64,000 bases of DNA from a virus (Duplodnaviria > Caudoviricetes): IMG/VR virus record IMGVR_UViG_3300047561_001367, positions 32,001 to 96,000 of that record; one strand, given 5' to 3'. Below are positions 38,701 to 49,600 of this stretch, piece after piece. The notes under the pieces are model-generated. The model had not been told where the DNA came from. It made no database searches and was given only the letters and a program-made list of their open reading frames with translations. The stretch's first letter is position 1, and each line of letters starts with the position of its first letter. A program made the translations under genes and the position numbers.

Positions 38701-40343
38701 GTTCTCAATTTGGATATTCTGTTGATATTAATGATAATGGAAATATATTAGCTATTGGCGCTCCATTTGATACTTCCAATAATAATGTAACAGGGGGTAA
38801 AGTTTATATTTATACTGGATTTGTAGGTAATTGGTCATTAACAAAAATTTTGTCTGGACAAAATAACTATGGACATTTTGGAAGTGCGGTTAAATTAAAT
38901 AGTGGAAATAAATTATTAATTGGAGAAAATAATTTTACACATTTATATGATTTTACTGGTAATAATTGGATATTTGAAAAAACTTTTTATAAATCTAGTG
39001 CTGATTTAAATTTAATAAATAATAATTTTAATGACTTTATTGATATTAATTTATCTGGAAATTACGTGTTAGTTGGATGTCCTTATCAAAATAAATATGG
39101 AACAACTACTTTATATAAAAAGCAAAATACTACATGGATTCAAGTCAAAACATTTACTGGCGATTCTAATTATAATTATTTTGGAGCGAGTGTCGGACTA
39201 AATACAAATAAAAATATTATTGCTATTGGATCTCCGGACGAAAATCAAATTTATATATATACAGGGCAAAATTTCCTTTTAAGCGGCAAAATTGGATATA
39301 ATGAAAAAAATATAAGAACAAGTGACCTGTGCCCATCTTCATTTTCTGGAATGGGCAGCTCTATTGGTATGCATGAAGACACTAATTTTGTAGCTTTTGG
39401 CGCTTATTTTTCACCTAATGATTATTCTAACTCTCAATCTTATGGAAATCCAGCTGGCAAAGTTTTCGTCTTAGAGGATTATCATTATAGTAGTAGTTCC
39501 TCGTCGAATAGTTCCTCGTCGAGTAGTTCGTCGTCGAGCAGTTCGTCATCTAGCAGCTTCTCTTCGAGCAGTTCCTCTTCGAGCAGTTCCTCTTCGAGCA
39601 GTTCCTCTTCAGAGTCTAGTAGTTCATCTTCAAATGGTAGTATGGGTAGCGGTGGTGAGGGCGAAGGTATTGGTGATCCGCATTTACATTTCACTATGAA
39701 TGCCGATAGATGCCCACAAACTGTTATCGCTGCTATTGATGATAATGGTTCACAAATTAACCGTATGCTATATTTTTATGGAGAGGATGATAATGGTAAC
39801 TGGTGTGCTATTAGTTATACTAATAAAGAAATATTAGATGGTAATCTTGCTGGCGCTTGTTTAATAGATACTATATATTATCATGGAGATCTTCAAAATT
39901 TCGGTATTCAAATACTTTCAGAAAATCCATCTTTATTAAGAATTTCTATTGCAGATTTTTCAATATTTAAAAATATTGGTGGATTATGGGGTAAGGTTTT
40001 AAAATATGTACAAAATACCTCATATGCATTTTATAGTAGTACGGGACCTAATGAAAGAGGCGTTGATCAATTATGTAGTCGTGAACAACTAGAACTTGCC
40101 GCTGAAGAAATAATTGTATTTGAAAATAATCAATTTGCACCAATAACTAATCTTCAAGAAACATTAGTGAGTCGATCAGACATAAATACCGTACAAAGTA
40201 TTATTAATGACCCATTATTTCCTATGGGTTATTATCCAGATATTTGTGGATCTTTACCAGCATATCCTTGGGATCCATATGCTGATCCTGATTACGAGCA
40301 AACTAATATGTCTGATATTATGTTAAAAGTAATAAATAATTAA
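35775..40343 (+). CDS. Adhesin-like tail protein: Ig-like (Big_2) repeats, FG-GAP propeller, poly-Ser, GDPH domain
   Basis: Repeated 'Y.SSNPSVA.[IV]...G.[VA]T....GT..I', repeated 'FG.S[VI].[IL]N..GN.LAIGAP', 45 Ser in 48 codons, GDPH. Confidence 0.8.
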   Translation: MIKWKLFDTNSNQWNGPVNITDNKLTIRMSRATHYYVGTGDFGYPDSLAWNSPSVWDGRYERYTYGGGDITVPNTYLEPEGYYGNYVNYKLKETTRFSNGLFVLEAQLIDVGINDWRLPLIDNITSSNPQVLRYFGYPNPYTTDLQYFYYGSFTSNPSLNLRFNPLTNGNQTGITNLSFWYQGVLTGTLEVKYLQYEYKFKGLDVPNKIQYRDTYKISNLISSDVESDNIYKRPIMVYSSNPSIFEVEGRERNNTISYTEFVPTKSEWTISGVSTGTANLIIIKPSDYFHLPTQKIIPIEISKRNQDANFQINQKPYFCPPWRTGGYDLKLVGQNVNNFIYSCNSDKVTITNNGLFYINPNATTGSFVITGSSVGNNFYNGWTGSITGVLLSGLAPLLYPKSKYTNYSWSNGRLSSTVLEYYFEFLTGDRSFSFNSSLDVNNAPCSNYSPATTFLYPTDPYYAPPYPIYTLPPIVYTSSNPSVATINITGLATFLNTGTTTITAAFTGSNQFIPISRRFELAIVKIPIIIKETNGYYNKNIGSAPFSLKSSVNIDSSFVNRHPNASTLIFKNLLYRSLNTDILTVSPDGLVNIVGAGSTNIEIYQEETSDTLSASLMVPIAVSKNNAVITIPNLNYTKLVTDSTFNLNATSNNDEVFLDYTNSNPSVISVNSTGLVTILKAGTSNIIISQGSNSNWDAAINKTANITINKLSSILNYPTISGKFLNSPPFNLSVISNNNEPIYYKSNNSGIAAVNSTGNVIIFNSGQTTIEVYQTGNNIWTPTSITQNLIVGGLDLPKFITGEKIIISNNDNYNGIYWIREITPDGKHYIECLPDCPSEPVIDATLSGPEIYSNFGWCIDLNRDGNTLVVGAPKENYQFKRNVGFVYVYNRYGDSNSWYLNTKLSGAAAVKDLRNFGNFGQSIAINSGNIIAIGTPFYRPSSQEFLPFNGGLGAVRVFNLNNGNWSGQNILSTHSGSQFGYSVDINDNGNILAIGAPFDTSNNNVTGGKVYIYTGFVGNWSLTKILSGQNNYGHFGSAVKLNSGNKLLIGENNFTHLYDFTGNNWIFEKTFYKSSADLNLINNNFNDFIDINLSGNYVLVGCPYQNKYGTTTLYKKQNTTWIQVKTFTGDSNYNYFGASVGLNTNKNIIAIGSPDENQIYIYTGQNFLLSGKIGYNEKNIRTSDLCPSSFSGMGSSIGMHEDTNFVAFGAYFSPNDYSNSQSYGNPAGKVFVLEDYHYSSSSSSNSSSSSSSSSSSSSSSSFSSSSSSSSSSSSSSSSSESSSSSSNGSMGSGGEGEGIGDPHLHFTMNADRCPQTVIAAIDDNGSQINRMLYFYGEDDNGNWCAISYTNKEILDGNLAGACLIDTIYYHGDLQNFGIQILSENPSLLRISIADFSIFKNIGGLWGKVLKYVQNTSYAFYSSTGPNERGVDQLCSREQLELAAEEIIVFENNQFAPITNLQETLVSRSDINTVQSIINDPLFPMGYYPDICGSLPAYPWDPYADPDYEQTNMSDIMLKVINN

Positions 40344-40345
40344 AA

Positions 40346-43300
40346 ATGAAAATTACACCTACAATTAATTTTAATAGCATACCAGAAAAAGAAGTTTTAT
40401 CTCCAGAATTTTCTGTAGAATTTACGTCTGATAGTGATGGTAAAATTACATATGGTTCTTCAGATGAAAGCGTGGCCATTATTGACAGAAACGGAATTAT
40501 TACTATTACAGGCGCGGGGCTCTGTTCGATTGTAATTTTACAATTAGAAACCGATACTTTTGAACCTATAGCGGTTTCTACATTTTTAACCGTAAAAAAA
40601 TCAGATCAAGATATTATATTTGACCCTCCAGAAACTACAAAACAAATTTCAGATAAACCTTTTGAAATTGAAATATACTCAAATGTTGGATTACCAATAG
40701 TAGTAGAAAATACTAATGATTCTATTTTTAATCTACAATATATAGGAAATAATAAATATAAAATAACTTTAAATTCTGTTGGTTCTAGTACAATTATCGT
40801 CACTCAAATCGGAAATCAGTCTTTTAATAGTGTTGTTAAAAATTTAAGTATAGATGTTCTTGATACCTCTTCCTTTTTAGAAGTCACCGCTAATATTAAT
40901 ATTAATAATGATATTTTTAAACATGATGGGTTGGATGAAGTTAATATTATTACTTCTAATCGGGGTAGATTTGTAGGAACAAATTCACTAATATTAACTT
41001 CGAGTGAAACAGAACGCGGAATAGTAAGAGATATTGGAATATTAAATCTTAATGCTAGTAATTTTATAAATGAGATTAAGTCTTTTTCTTCTGAATTATT
41101 ATGCTGTGATGTCTCTACCAATTCAAGTTCGAGTAGTTCGAGTAGTTCATCGAGTAGTGCATTTATTGATGAAAATTTTACAGAAGGTGGTCTTCCTGGT
41201 GGAGAAATAAGTACAGAATGTTTTGGTTCTAATCACTTTAAAATCGATACATTGGCTAATTGGACAGATTTGCCTATTGATAATAGTAGTTCAAAATATG
41301 TATTATATTATTTTGCAAGAAAAGGTTCTAAATGGGTGGCGGTTTTATATAAATGTAAAGACGAATCTATAGAAGATCCAAATTTAATAAATCCCCCTTT
41401 ATATAATACAATAGGTAATTTTAATAATCCTATTTTTGAAGGAGGAAATTTAATATCAGATATTCAAGTTATTGAAAGTAGTAATCAATGCACATGGCTA
41501 AATAAATATAAAGATAATATCACTGATAATAGTTTTATATATCCTAATGAACTACCAAAAAGAAAATATTATAATAAAATTAATAAAACACCAATAGGTC
41601 CTAAATATACATGTGATGGAACAGCCGGTTCTACGCCAGTAAATATTAATGAAAAAATAACTATGGACTATTTAGATGGAGATGTATCAATTAGCATTTG
41701 CACTGAAACTATTATTGATAAAAAAATCTTATCTTTTAAAATAGTCCAAAAAGGAGAGACATTTACACATTTAGGGGGTATATATGGATTAGCTTTAAAA
41801 GCGGCTGCTAATAATAATGGTCAATATTTAGATGATACTGGGTATGGAGAAATGTGTAAAATTAATGTAGGTTGCAAGAATAGCATTAATAATTTATGTA
41901 ACGCGGCTTTAAAACCAAATTTTAATCGTAATATTTTTGCGAATGCAGCAGACTTTTTATTAGAAAAAACTGCAATTTCATTAAATGGTGATTTAGTACA
42001 ACCTGGGGTTAATATCAATAATATTAATTATTGTGTTTGGCCAATTAATGAATTTCAAAATTTACCAGCAACTCGACCATCTTTACTTACTAATAAATTA
42101 TTATATGTATGGGATCCATTTGTTTTTAGACTTATATCTTCATTACCATTATCTTCAATATATCCAATAAGGGATGTACATAGAATTCGAGAAAGCTTAA
42201 AGCCGCCTAAAAAATATTCGCAGGAGGGTGTATTTGATGATGGTACACCATGGTACCAACTAAGTTTAGAATATACAAATTGGTATAACGCAAACGCTTG
42301 TGATACGGAAAGAGACCCTACCTATACAAACGGACTATACGATAAACCAGCCCTATGTGGTGATTTTCATCAATCCCCTCCAGGCATAAAAGACGCTTTA
42401 AAATGGAAACCACCGACAATAATGTCTATTAAAAATTTTGAAGTTATTGGTATTTTACAACAATATGCAGACCATATCGATAGTACTAATGATGGTATCA
42501 CATTATTTAATTTTAATGAAACGAGTATTCCAAGAGTTACTAGCGATACAGAGATGCTTAGCTCAGCTCTAGAACATTTTTTTATTATACCACCAAATAC
42601 TGAGTTATATGCTAATGCAGTCTATCAAGCTTGCGAAGGTTGTTATCAACCTCCAAATTGTGAAATATCGATTGGATTTAATAATATTTGTGATAATAAC
42701 CAGGGTTGGTCAGCTCAATGTAATAATTTATTTTTATATCAAGTAGTCAATAATTTTAATACGTCTGCTTGTAAGGATATTGATGAATATAATTATGAAA
42801 ATTATGCACCCCAAAATGATTACAATGGTTGCGATGATTATTCTATAACAGAAGAACTTTCATGTATACAACAGGCGGGTCAAGAATTAATAGTTAATAC
42901 AAATGTAAAAGCTCAAGATATTTTAGCGAATTATGGCTGGAACTGCATTATTTTAGATAATATGGGAATTGCTAATGGTCCTATGGGTCAACAGGTTCCA
43001 TTTTTTGATAATAGACCATTATCATGGAGTTATTTTAATAATGGTGGTTATAAACCTGGTTATTCTTCTAGATGTAGCCATTATTTTAGTGAATTTGTTG
43101 GTGAAGAAACTGTAAATGGCATAACATATAGGTTAGGAAACACTTTTTTAGCAGCGTTAAATAATGATACTCATCATTTAAAAGTTCGTGGGCATATGTT
43201 ATCGGATACAGGACCTGGAGAAGCAACATTGAAATATGTTCAGACTAGTGAATCATGCGTTCTTACAGAGGGCTCTACTACAATTCAAGTTAATAATGCT

Positions 43301-44482
43301 TATAGTTTATCAGTAGGAACTACTTTACAAAATGGTTTTGCTCCTGGAACTACAATTAAAACAATTCTTAATAGTAAGTCTATTGAAGCTACGTCCCCAG
43401 CATTATTTAGTGGATATATAACTCTTCAACTTACAAAAGTAGTGACCACACTGCCAGGAACTACATTAAATCCTATTGCGTTTGGTTACTTTTTTAAATC
43501 TGCTGGATGTACAAAATTTGTATGTGATAGCTCAACTTGTCAAACTATATGTCCAGATATTGATAATATCAAACAAGTTTTTAGTGGTCCCGACTGTATA
43601 TTTACTATAGATATGGATAATAATATACAGTATTATGGACCAACACAATTTGATCGTAATAATATACCAGCAAATTTAAATATTTCGCATATTAAAGACA
43701 TGAGTATTTCACTTTTTGGGGTAACGGCTTTATTAAAAGATCCGGATACTAATATTACAACTGTAGTCGAATGGGGTCGTGAAGGTCATACTTATTATTC
43801 TAATGAGTCTGGAGGGTATAACATGTATCCGATGGGTAATGAAGCTATCTATGGAACTAACCAATCTTTGACTGGAATTCCGTATGCGGTTCAAGATAAA
43901 ACTATTAAAAAGGTATTAACTCATCAATTTTTAAGTTTTGCTTTAGATACGAATGGATATCTTTATTCATGGGGATTATATGACGGTATAATTTCTATAA
44001 ATGTGCAGGACTGGAGTCAAAAATTTCCAGAAGGTGAGCCAACGCAGCCAGAACGTATGCAAGATATAAATGGTCTTAAACAAGTTCCTATACAAATTCA
44101 AAATAGAATTTTAGATTTTGGTTTAATGACTGAGTATGGAGCAGCTATTACAAATGATGGTAAAATCGTATTATGGAAAAATGGTGTGGTAGCCTCACAA
44201 CCATCCTTACCAGAAGGGTTCGATAATGTGACGTATAGTTGGCAAGATCCACATCCCCCGTATGCTATTCCAGAAAATGAAAACTATGGTTTTATAAAAA
44301 TTGTTTGTGGTGATTTTCATTTTCTAGCATTAAGAGACGATGGAACTACATATGTAGGCGGAATATTTGTTCCATATAGGTTACGCGGATTACCTGTAGA
44401 GGCTTTTAGATCTTTTTCAAGAAGTCCAAAGAAAGCATATTATTGCCCAAATAATACAACTCTTACCGCAGGTTTTTATTAA
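40346..44482 (+). CDS. Adhesin-like tail protein: Ig-like repeats, poly-Ser, Cys-rich region, RCC1-like repeats
   Basis: 'YGSSDESVAIIDRNGIITITGAG'; 'SFALDTNGYLYSWG', 'IVCGDFHFLALRDDGT'. Confidence 0.75.
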   Translation: MKITPTINFNSIPEKEVLSPEFSVEFTSDSDGKITYGSSDESVAIIDRNGIITITGAGLCSIVILQLETDTFEPIAVSTFLTVKKSDQDIIFDPPETTKQISDKPFEIEIYSNVGLPIVVENTNDSIFNLQYIGNNKYKITLNSVGSSTIIVTQIGNQSFNSVVKNLSIDVLDTSSFLEVTANININNDIFKHDGLDEVNIITSNRGRFVGTNSLILTSSETERGIVRDIGILNLNASNFINEIKSFSSELLCCDVSTNSSSSSSSSSSSSAFIDENFTEGGLPGGEISTECFGSNHFKIDTLANWTDLPIDNSSSKYVLYYFARKGSKWVAVLYKCKDESIEDPNLINPPLYNTIGNFNNPIFEGGNLISDIQVIESSNQCTWLNKYKDNITDNSFIYPNELPKRKYYNKINKTPIGPKYTCDGTAGSTPVNINEKITMDYLDGDVSISICTETIIDKKILSFKIVQKGETFTHLGGIYGLALKAAANNNGQYLDDTGYGEMCKINVGCKNSINNLCNAALKPNFNRNIFANAADFLLEKTAISLNGDLVQPGVNINNINYCVWPINEFQNLPATRPSLLTNKLLYVWDPFVFRLISSLPLSSIYPIRDVHRIRESLKPPKKYSQEGVFDDGTPWYQLSLEYTNWYNANACDTERDPTYTNGLYDKPALCGDFHQSPPGIKDALKWKPPTIMSIKNFEVIGILQQYADHIDSTNDGITLFNFNETSIPRVTSDTEMLSSALEHFFIIPPNTELYANAVYQACEGCYQPPNCEISIGFNNICDNNQGWSAQCNNLFLYQVVNNFNTSACKDIDEYNYENYAPQNDYNGCDDYSITEELSCIQQAGQELIVNTNVKAQDILANYGWNCIILDNMGIANGPMGQQVPFFDNRPLSWSYFNNGGYKPGYSSRCSHYFSEFVGEETVNGITYRLGNTFLAALNNDTHHLKVRGHMLSDTGPGEATLKYVQTSESCVLTEGSTTIQVNNAYSLSVGTTLQNGFAPGTTIKTILNSKSIEATSPALFSGYITLQLTKVVTTLPGTTLNPIAFGYFFKSAGCTKFVCDSSTCQTICPDIDNIKQVFSGPDCIFTIDMDNNIQYYGPTQFDRNNIPANLNISHIKDMSISLFGVTALLKDPDTNITTVVEWGREGHTYYSNESGGYNMYPMGNEAIYGTNQSLTGIPYAVQDKTIKKVLTHQFLSFALDTNGYLYSWGLYDGIISINVQDWSQKFPEGEPTQPERMQDINGLKQVPIQIQNRILDFGLMTEYGAAITNDGKIVLWKNGVVASQPSLPEGFDNVTYSWQDPHPPYAIPENENYGFIKIVCGDFHFLALRDDGTTYVGGIFVPYRLRGLPVEAFRSFSRSPKKAYYCPNNTTLTAGFY

Positions 44483-44542
44483 TAATTCAATAAAATAATA
44501 ATAAATAAGTGTAAAATAAAGGGGATAAAGGTTATTACTAGT

Positions 44543-46597
44543 ATGGACGAAAATTTATCAGAAATATTTGAAGGTATTACTCAATTAAATAGTGATTTAC
44601 CGTTAGATCTTCAGGGCTTTGATCCGACGACTATTAATGATTATACTACCGATGGAGATTTCGAACTTTTAGGGCTTGGGTCTGAAATTTTAAAAATAAT
44701 TGAGAATAATATTATTAATTGGACTCCTACCGAATTAGACGCAGTTATTAATGAATTGAATTCTACTTCAAATTTATTATTAAGAACTTTAGATATTGTT
44801 AGTGATAATATGTTTAGTGACCTCGAAATAGAGGAAACTTATCCTATTAGATTAGATTTTGAAACACGTAAAACTGGCGTAATGCTTGTGGTTGATATTT
44901 TTGAAAGTGGATTTAATAATATGCCCATTTTTATAGATTCTTATTCTGGTAGTTTATCCTCAGATGGTAGTATAATAAACAAAGAAATAGCTTTATCAAC
45001 TGGAAACTATTTTAGCAAACTTTATTATAAAGAATTAAATTTAAATGATCCATCAATTAATTCATTAAGATCGTATATAGGGTTTACAAATGAAACTTTT
45101 ATTGGCTGTGAAAATCAAAATTTTTTAACATCAAAAATTTATAGAACTGGTTTTAAAGATTATTCCGTTGGTGTAAAAGTAATAGGGTATTTTCCAGAAA
45201 ATAATTACGGATATAAATATTTATCCGAAGATGCTAAAAGTGGGATTATATGGTCAGGACAGTTTGAGGGTGACTCTTATGAATTATCATTACCAATTTA
45301 TAATAATAATAAATTTGAAAGAAATGTATCTGGAAAATTTTGGCTCACCCTTCATGATCCAGTTCTACCCAAAGAATTGATTTGTGTCGAAAGGCAGGAA
45401 GCAAATTTTGTTATTGTTGATGATGAAACTCATACAACATGTTCTTCGACATTGGCACCATCTGAAACTAATCCTCCAATATTTCCCAAATTTGCCGGTC
45501 TTGATTTTAGCCTAACACCTCAATCTATAGACTTAGGAGAGGCTTGGCCAATATGTGCTTCGAGTTCTTCGAGTTCTTCGAGTTCTTCGAGTTCTTCGAG
45601 TTCTAGTGATGGATGTAATTGCGATGGACCTATTTACGATACTTTAGATGGATTTTTAATAGAAGCTATTTATGTCGATAACCCAACTTTAGGAAATGAT
45701 TTTTGTGATGTCCCCTCATCATCCTCATCATCCTCGTCATCTTCGTCTTCATCTAAGAAAATTATATCAATTACTTCAAATCAATATCCATATAAAATTT
45801 TACCATTAGGAGTCGATGATTTTATAGCTACAGCGTCTATTACAGAAGCTCTTGCACAATCTATTATGTTTAAAGTGACTGCTACTTCTACGCCAGCATT
45901 ACTATTATTAAGTGCTGAATGCAATAGTAGTTCGTCTAGTAGTTCGTCTAGTAGTTCGTATAATTTTACGAATGAAATAACATTAACTATTCCAGCTGGA
46001 GAAACCTCCGCAGATTTTTGCGTAAGAACTGTGCCGCCAGAGAGTGTTAATATAACTGATAGTGTAACAGTTACTTTAACAACATCCTTAGAGCCCCCTA
46101 ATAATGATTTTGAATCGCACGGTACTGAATTTTTTGTTTATAAGGTAGATGGGGCTCTTGGTGCAACAGCGCCTTGTGGCGGTGGACACGGTTGTAATCG
46201 AGCTACATTTGACATAATAATTGGTAGTGATACTGGGCAAAATACCGTGGTATTAAATGCTAATTTAAATAATGCGGGTGTAGGAACTCCAGGCCCAGCT
46301 CCTTTTGATGGGCCGAATGATAGATATAGTTCTGCTATAATAACTCAAAGCTCACAAATTTTTGGCGCAACAGATAAAAATGGAGAGTTAAAAAACTTTA
46401 CGGTAACAATTCAGCCATCAGCTGGTAATGATAATCCACATACTGGAATTTGCTGGGTAAGAATTAAAAATAATTGTTGCCAAGTTATTTATAGTTGTTG
46501 TTTATCAGTCGGTGGTGGAAATACAACACCAAAAGTCCCATATACCAATGCTGGTTTATCAGATATTATGGATATAGTAGAGGAGTTAACTAAATAA
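44543..46597 (+). CDS. Virion protein with three poly-Ser tracts and Cys-rich modules
   Basis: Translation; 'LTIPAGETSADF' Calx-beta/Ig-like motif; CGGGHGCNRATF. Confidence 0.55.
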   Translation: MDENLSEIFEGITQLNSDLPLDLQGFDPTTINDYTTDGDFELLGLGSEILKIIENNIINWTPTELDAVINELNSTSNLLLRTLDIVSDNMFSDLEIEETYPIRLDFETRKTGVMLVVDIFESGFNNMPIFIDSYSGSLSSDGSIINKEIALSTGNYFSKLYYKELNLNDPSINSLRSYIGFTNETFIGCENQNFLTSKIYRTGFKDYSVGVKVIGYFPENNYGYKYLSEDAKSGIIWSGQFEGDSYELSLPIYNNNKFERNVSGKFWLTLHDPVLPKELICVERQEANFVIVDDETHTTCSSTLAPSETNPPIFPKFAGLDFSLTPQSIDLGEAWPICASSSSSSSSSSSSSSSSDGCNCDGPIYDTLDGFLIEAIYVDNPTLGNDFCDVPSSSSSSSSSSSSSKKIISITSNQYPYKILPLGVDDFIATASITEALAQSIMFKVTATSTPALLLLSAECNSSSSSSSSSSSYNFTNEITLTIPAGETSADFCVRTVPPESVNITDSVTVTLTTSLEPPNNDFESHGTEFFVYKVDGALGATAPCGGGHGCNRATFDIIIGSDTGQNTVVLNANLNNAGVGTPGPAPFDGPNDRYSSAIITQSSQIFGATDKNGELKNFTVTIQPSAGNDNPHTGICWVRIKNNCCQVIYSCCLSVGGGNTTPKVPYTNAGLSDIMDIVEELTK

Positions 46598-46604
46598 ATA
46601 TATT

Positions 46605-49600
46605 ATGGAAAAATGTATAAATAATTATTTTACTTCTTCAGATACTTATATAAATATAACTGGATCTGGATCGGCTTCATTTATAGAAAAAAGTAACTCT
46701 TGGAAAGAATATTATAACTTATATTCTGGATATAATTTAACTGGATTTAAAGATGAAGAAGCTGGGGTTATTTTAAAATTTAATGAAGTATCTGGTAAAG
46801 ATTATTTTGTAGACTATAGAGTAAATACACAAATTTCAAATTCTAAAAATAAAATTAAACAACACATTAAAATAAAACAGTTTCCACCTACTAATCCTGG
46901 TTTTCCCATTGAATTTTCTTATGACGAAGCTTGGGCATCATATGATGTTAAAAATGGCACTAATTCTAAAAGAGTTTTTTCATATGCAGTAAATATTCAG
47001 GATAATATGTTGTTTCATGGATATATTATTACTGGAACTGGGGGGGAGTTTACAAGTAAATCTGGACTTTTAAATAAATATAAAAGGGGAATTTCTCCCC
47101 AATTATTTACGGGTCTAACTGGATATTTAAATCAATATCAAGTTATTTGTACACTAGGTACGGAATGTAGTAAAGAGCCTGATGAACCACCACCTATAGT
47201 TAAATGCTGGACTGGCAAATATACTACTGGTGTAGATTTTGATAATTGGATAGATAAAGAATTAAGTGGATTAGCAAATCAAAAATATTTACCACCAGAT
47301 GCCCCGATTTCTTTAAATTATTTAACAGGATCAAGCGTTAAACAGTATTTTTCTGTATATACTGGTCATTTATTATATAACTCATGGATGACAGGCGATA
47401 GTATTTCTTGGAGTTTATATAATTTTGATTATACTGGCATTTATAAACAGTATCATTTAAATAGTTTACCACTTTATCCAACAACAGGCTTTACATTGGT
47501 ATATCCACAAGATTGGAATTCAATTGATACGTTAGTAGATAAATTAAATGAAAAATTAAATGAGCCAATGAGCTATCCCGTATGGTATCCATATAGTTGT
47601 TTATCAGGAACTTTATCTGGAGTTTATATTACAGGCGGATTAATGAAATTCTGGAAAAATACTGGAATTACTGGCATAGGCGAACAGAATAATCAAATTG
47701 ATTTTGTATCGTTAAGGACTCTACCACAAGTTACAGTATCGTCTACAGTTAAAGATGCGGCTGGTAATATAAAGAAATCTAGTGAATCTATTCAAGGTGG
47801 ATATAGTTTAAGTCTATCCTTAAGGTCTGATAGAGATTTTCCCTGGTTTAGTGGTTATTCATATTTACTTCCTGATACTGTGCAATTAGAGGGATGGGAT
47901 GCACGAACCTTAGAGTGGAAAATTTTAGATAAAAGATCTAATTTATTTTCACGATTTAATATAAAAGAAGGTAAAGACGGATATATACCAAGATTTACAA
48001 GATCCATTGTACCAGATTTAGAAGATCCAGCTATTACAGAAGCTGATATAAAACCAGCTGAAGAAATAGACTGGGAGAGTTTTGCTAAAATTAGCAATAC
48101 TAGTGGCAGTTGTACAATGAGTACTTTATTAGAGTTTAATAGAACATTAGTTAAATTAAACGGTAACCCATTATGCCCACCAGCGATACAAAATCAAGAA
48201 GTTAAATTTATATATCCAAATAATTGCCCACCATATATTATATCTGGTGGTAAAAAAGTTTTAACAAATAGTATTTATTGGTGCAGTAATAACTCCGAGG
48301 ACAAAATGCCAGAACCAGAGAAGTCTGACGAGGGTTCTGGCGGTGATGATAAACAAAAAGATGATAAAAATCTTTTTAGTGGAGTTCTTAGTATTATACG
48401 AACTGGTTGGAATTTAACCGGTAAAAATGGAGCTAACGCTTTATATGACGAGTATGATAAATATAGAGTTAAGTTAATTCATTTTAAAAACGAACCTCCT
48501 ATTGGATATATTCCTAAAAATTACTTTACAGTCGAAAATGTAAATCTATATAGTTTAACAGGGAGTAGTTTAAGTGAACATTCTGGCCCACCCCAATGTA
48601 TTATAAATACTGATTATACTGTAGATATACAATCTGTAGTTCCTGTAAGACTAACTGGAACTTATTATTATACAATAACTCCTGAGAAAAGTGGTATATT
48701 TGAATTTAGTCAAACCCCATTTGTTAGAAGTATTGAGGATTCCGAAAGACCTATAAAGTTTAATAGACAATCTGGATTTATTATTTCAGATAGTGGTACT
48801 GGATTTTTATCTATAAAGCTTACGGGTTCTGGGCTAATGTCTTATATTAACTCTGATTATTATTTTTATGATCCTATTTCAAGGGAAATGACTTTCGAAA
48901 AGAAACTAGAAAACACTTTAGTTGGAAGTGGATATATATCTGGAAAAGCTACGGTTATTAAACAGTCGGTAATAAACAGAGAACTCATGGGTGGAGGCAG
49001 ACTATCACAGACAATAGGATATTTTGAAACTACTCAGGATGGATATTTTACTGGACAATTAAATGATATTAAATACAAAGCGTATGATTTAACTGGATAT
49101 TATAAAATAACAGGTACAATTACTGGGTTTTCTCAATCTGGATTCTTAAGAGTCAATAAATTAATAAGTGGAGCGCCTTCTTATAGTTTAATTCCTGGAG
49201 AAAATGGATCTTATATATCTGATAGTCCTTATTATCCAATACCAACTGGTTATAAAAATGCAACCGGATTTATAAATATAAATTATAACAATATACAAAA
49301 TTTTGATATTTTATCTATTAATAATAGTGATATAATTTACAACGCCGATGGTTCTAATTATTTACCACCGATTTTCTTTGATGACACTGAAACACTTTTA
49401 TATATTATTAATAATAATTCTGGATCGTTTTTAGTTAATGCTAAAACAGGTCTAAACCCTAATATTATTTATTTAAATAGTTTAGTTTCTGGTGAAGCTG
49501 GTAATAGCATTAAATTATCTACAACTAATAATCAGTTAGCATTCTTTAATGGTACATCTTTGAGCGGTGGTAAAAATTATTATTCATTCCTTGATATGCC

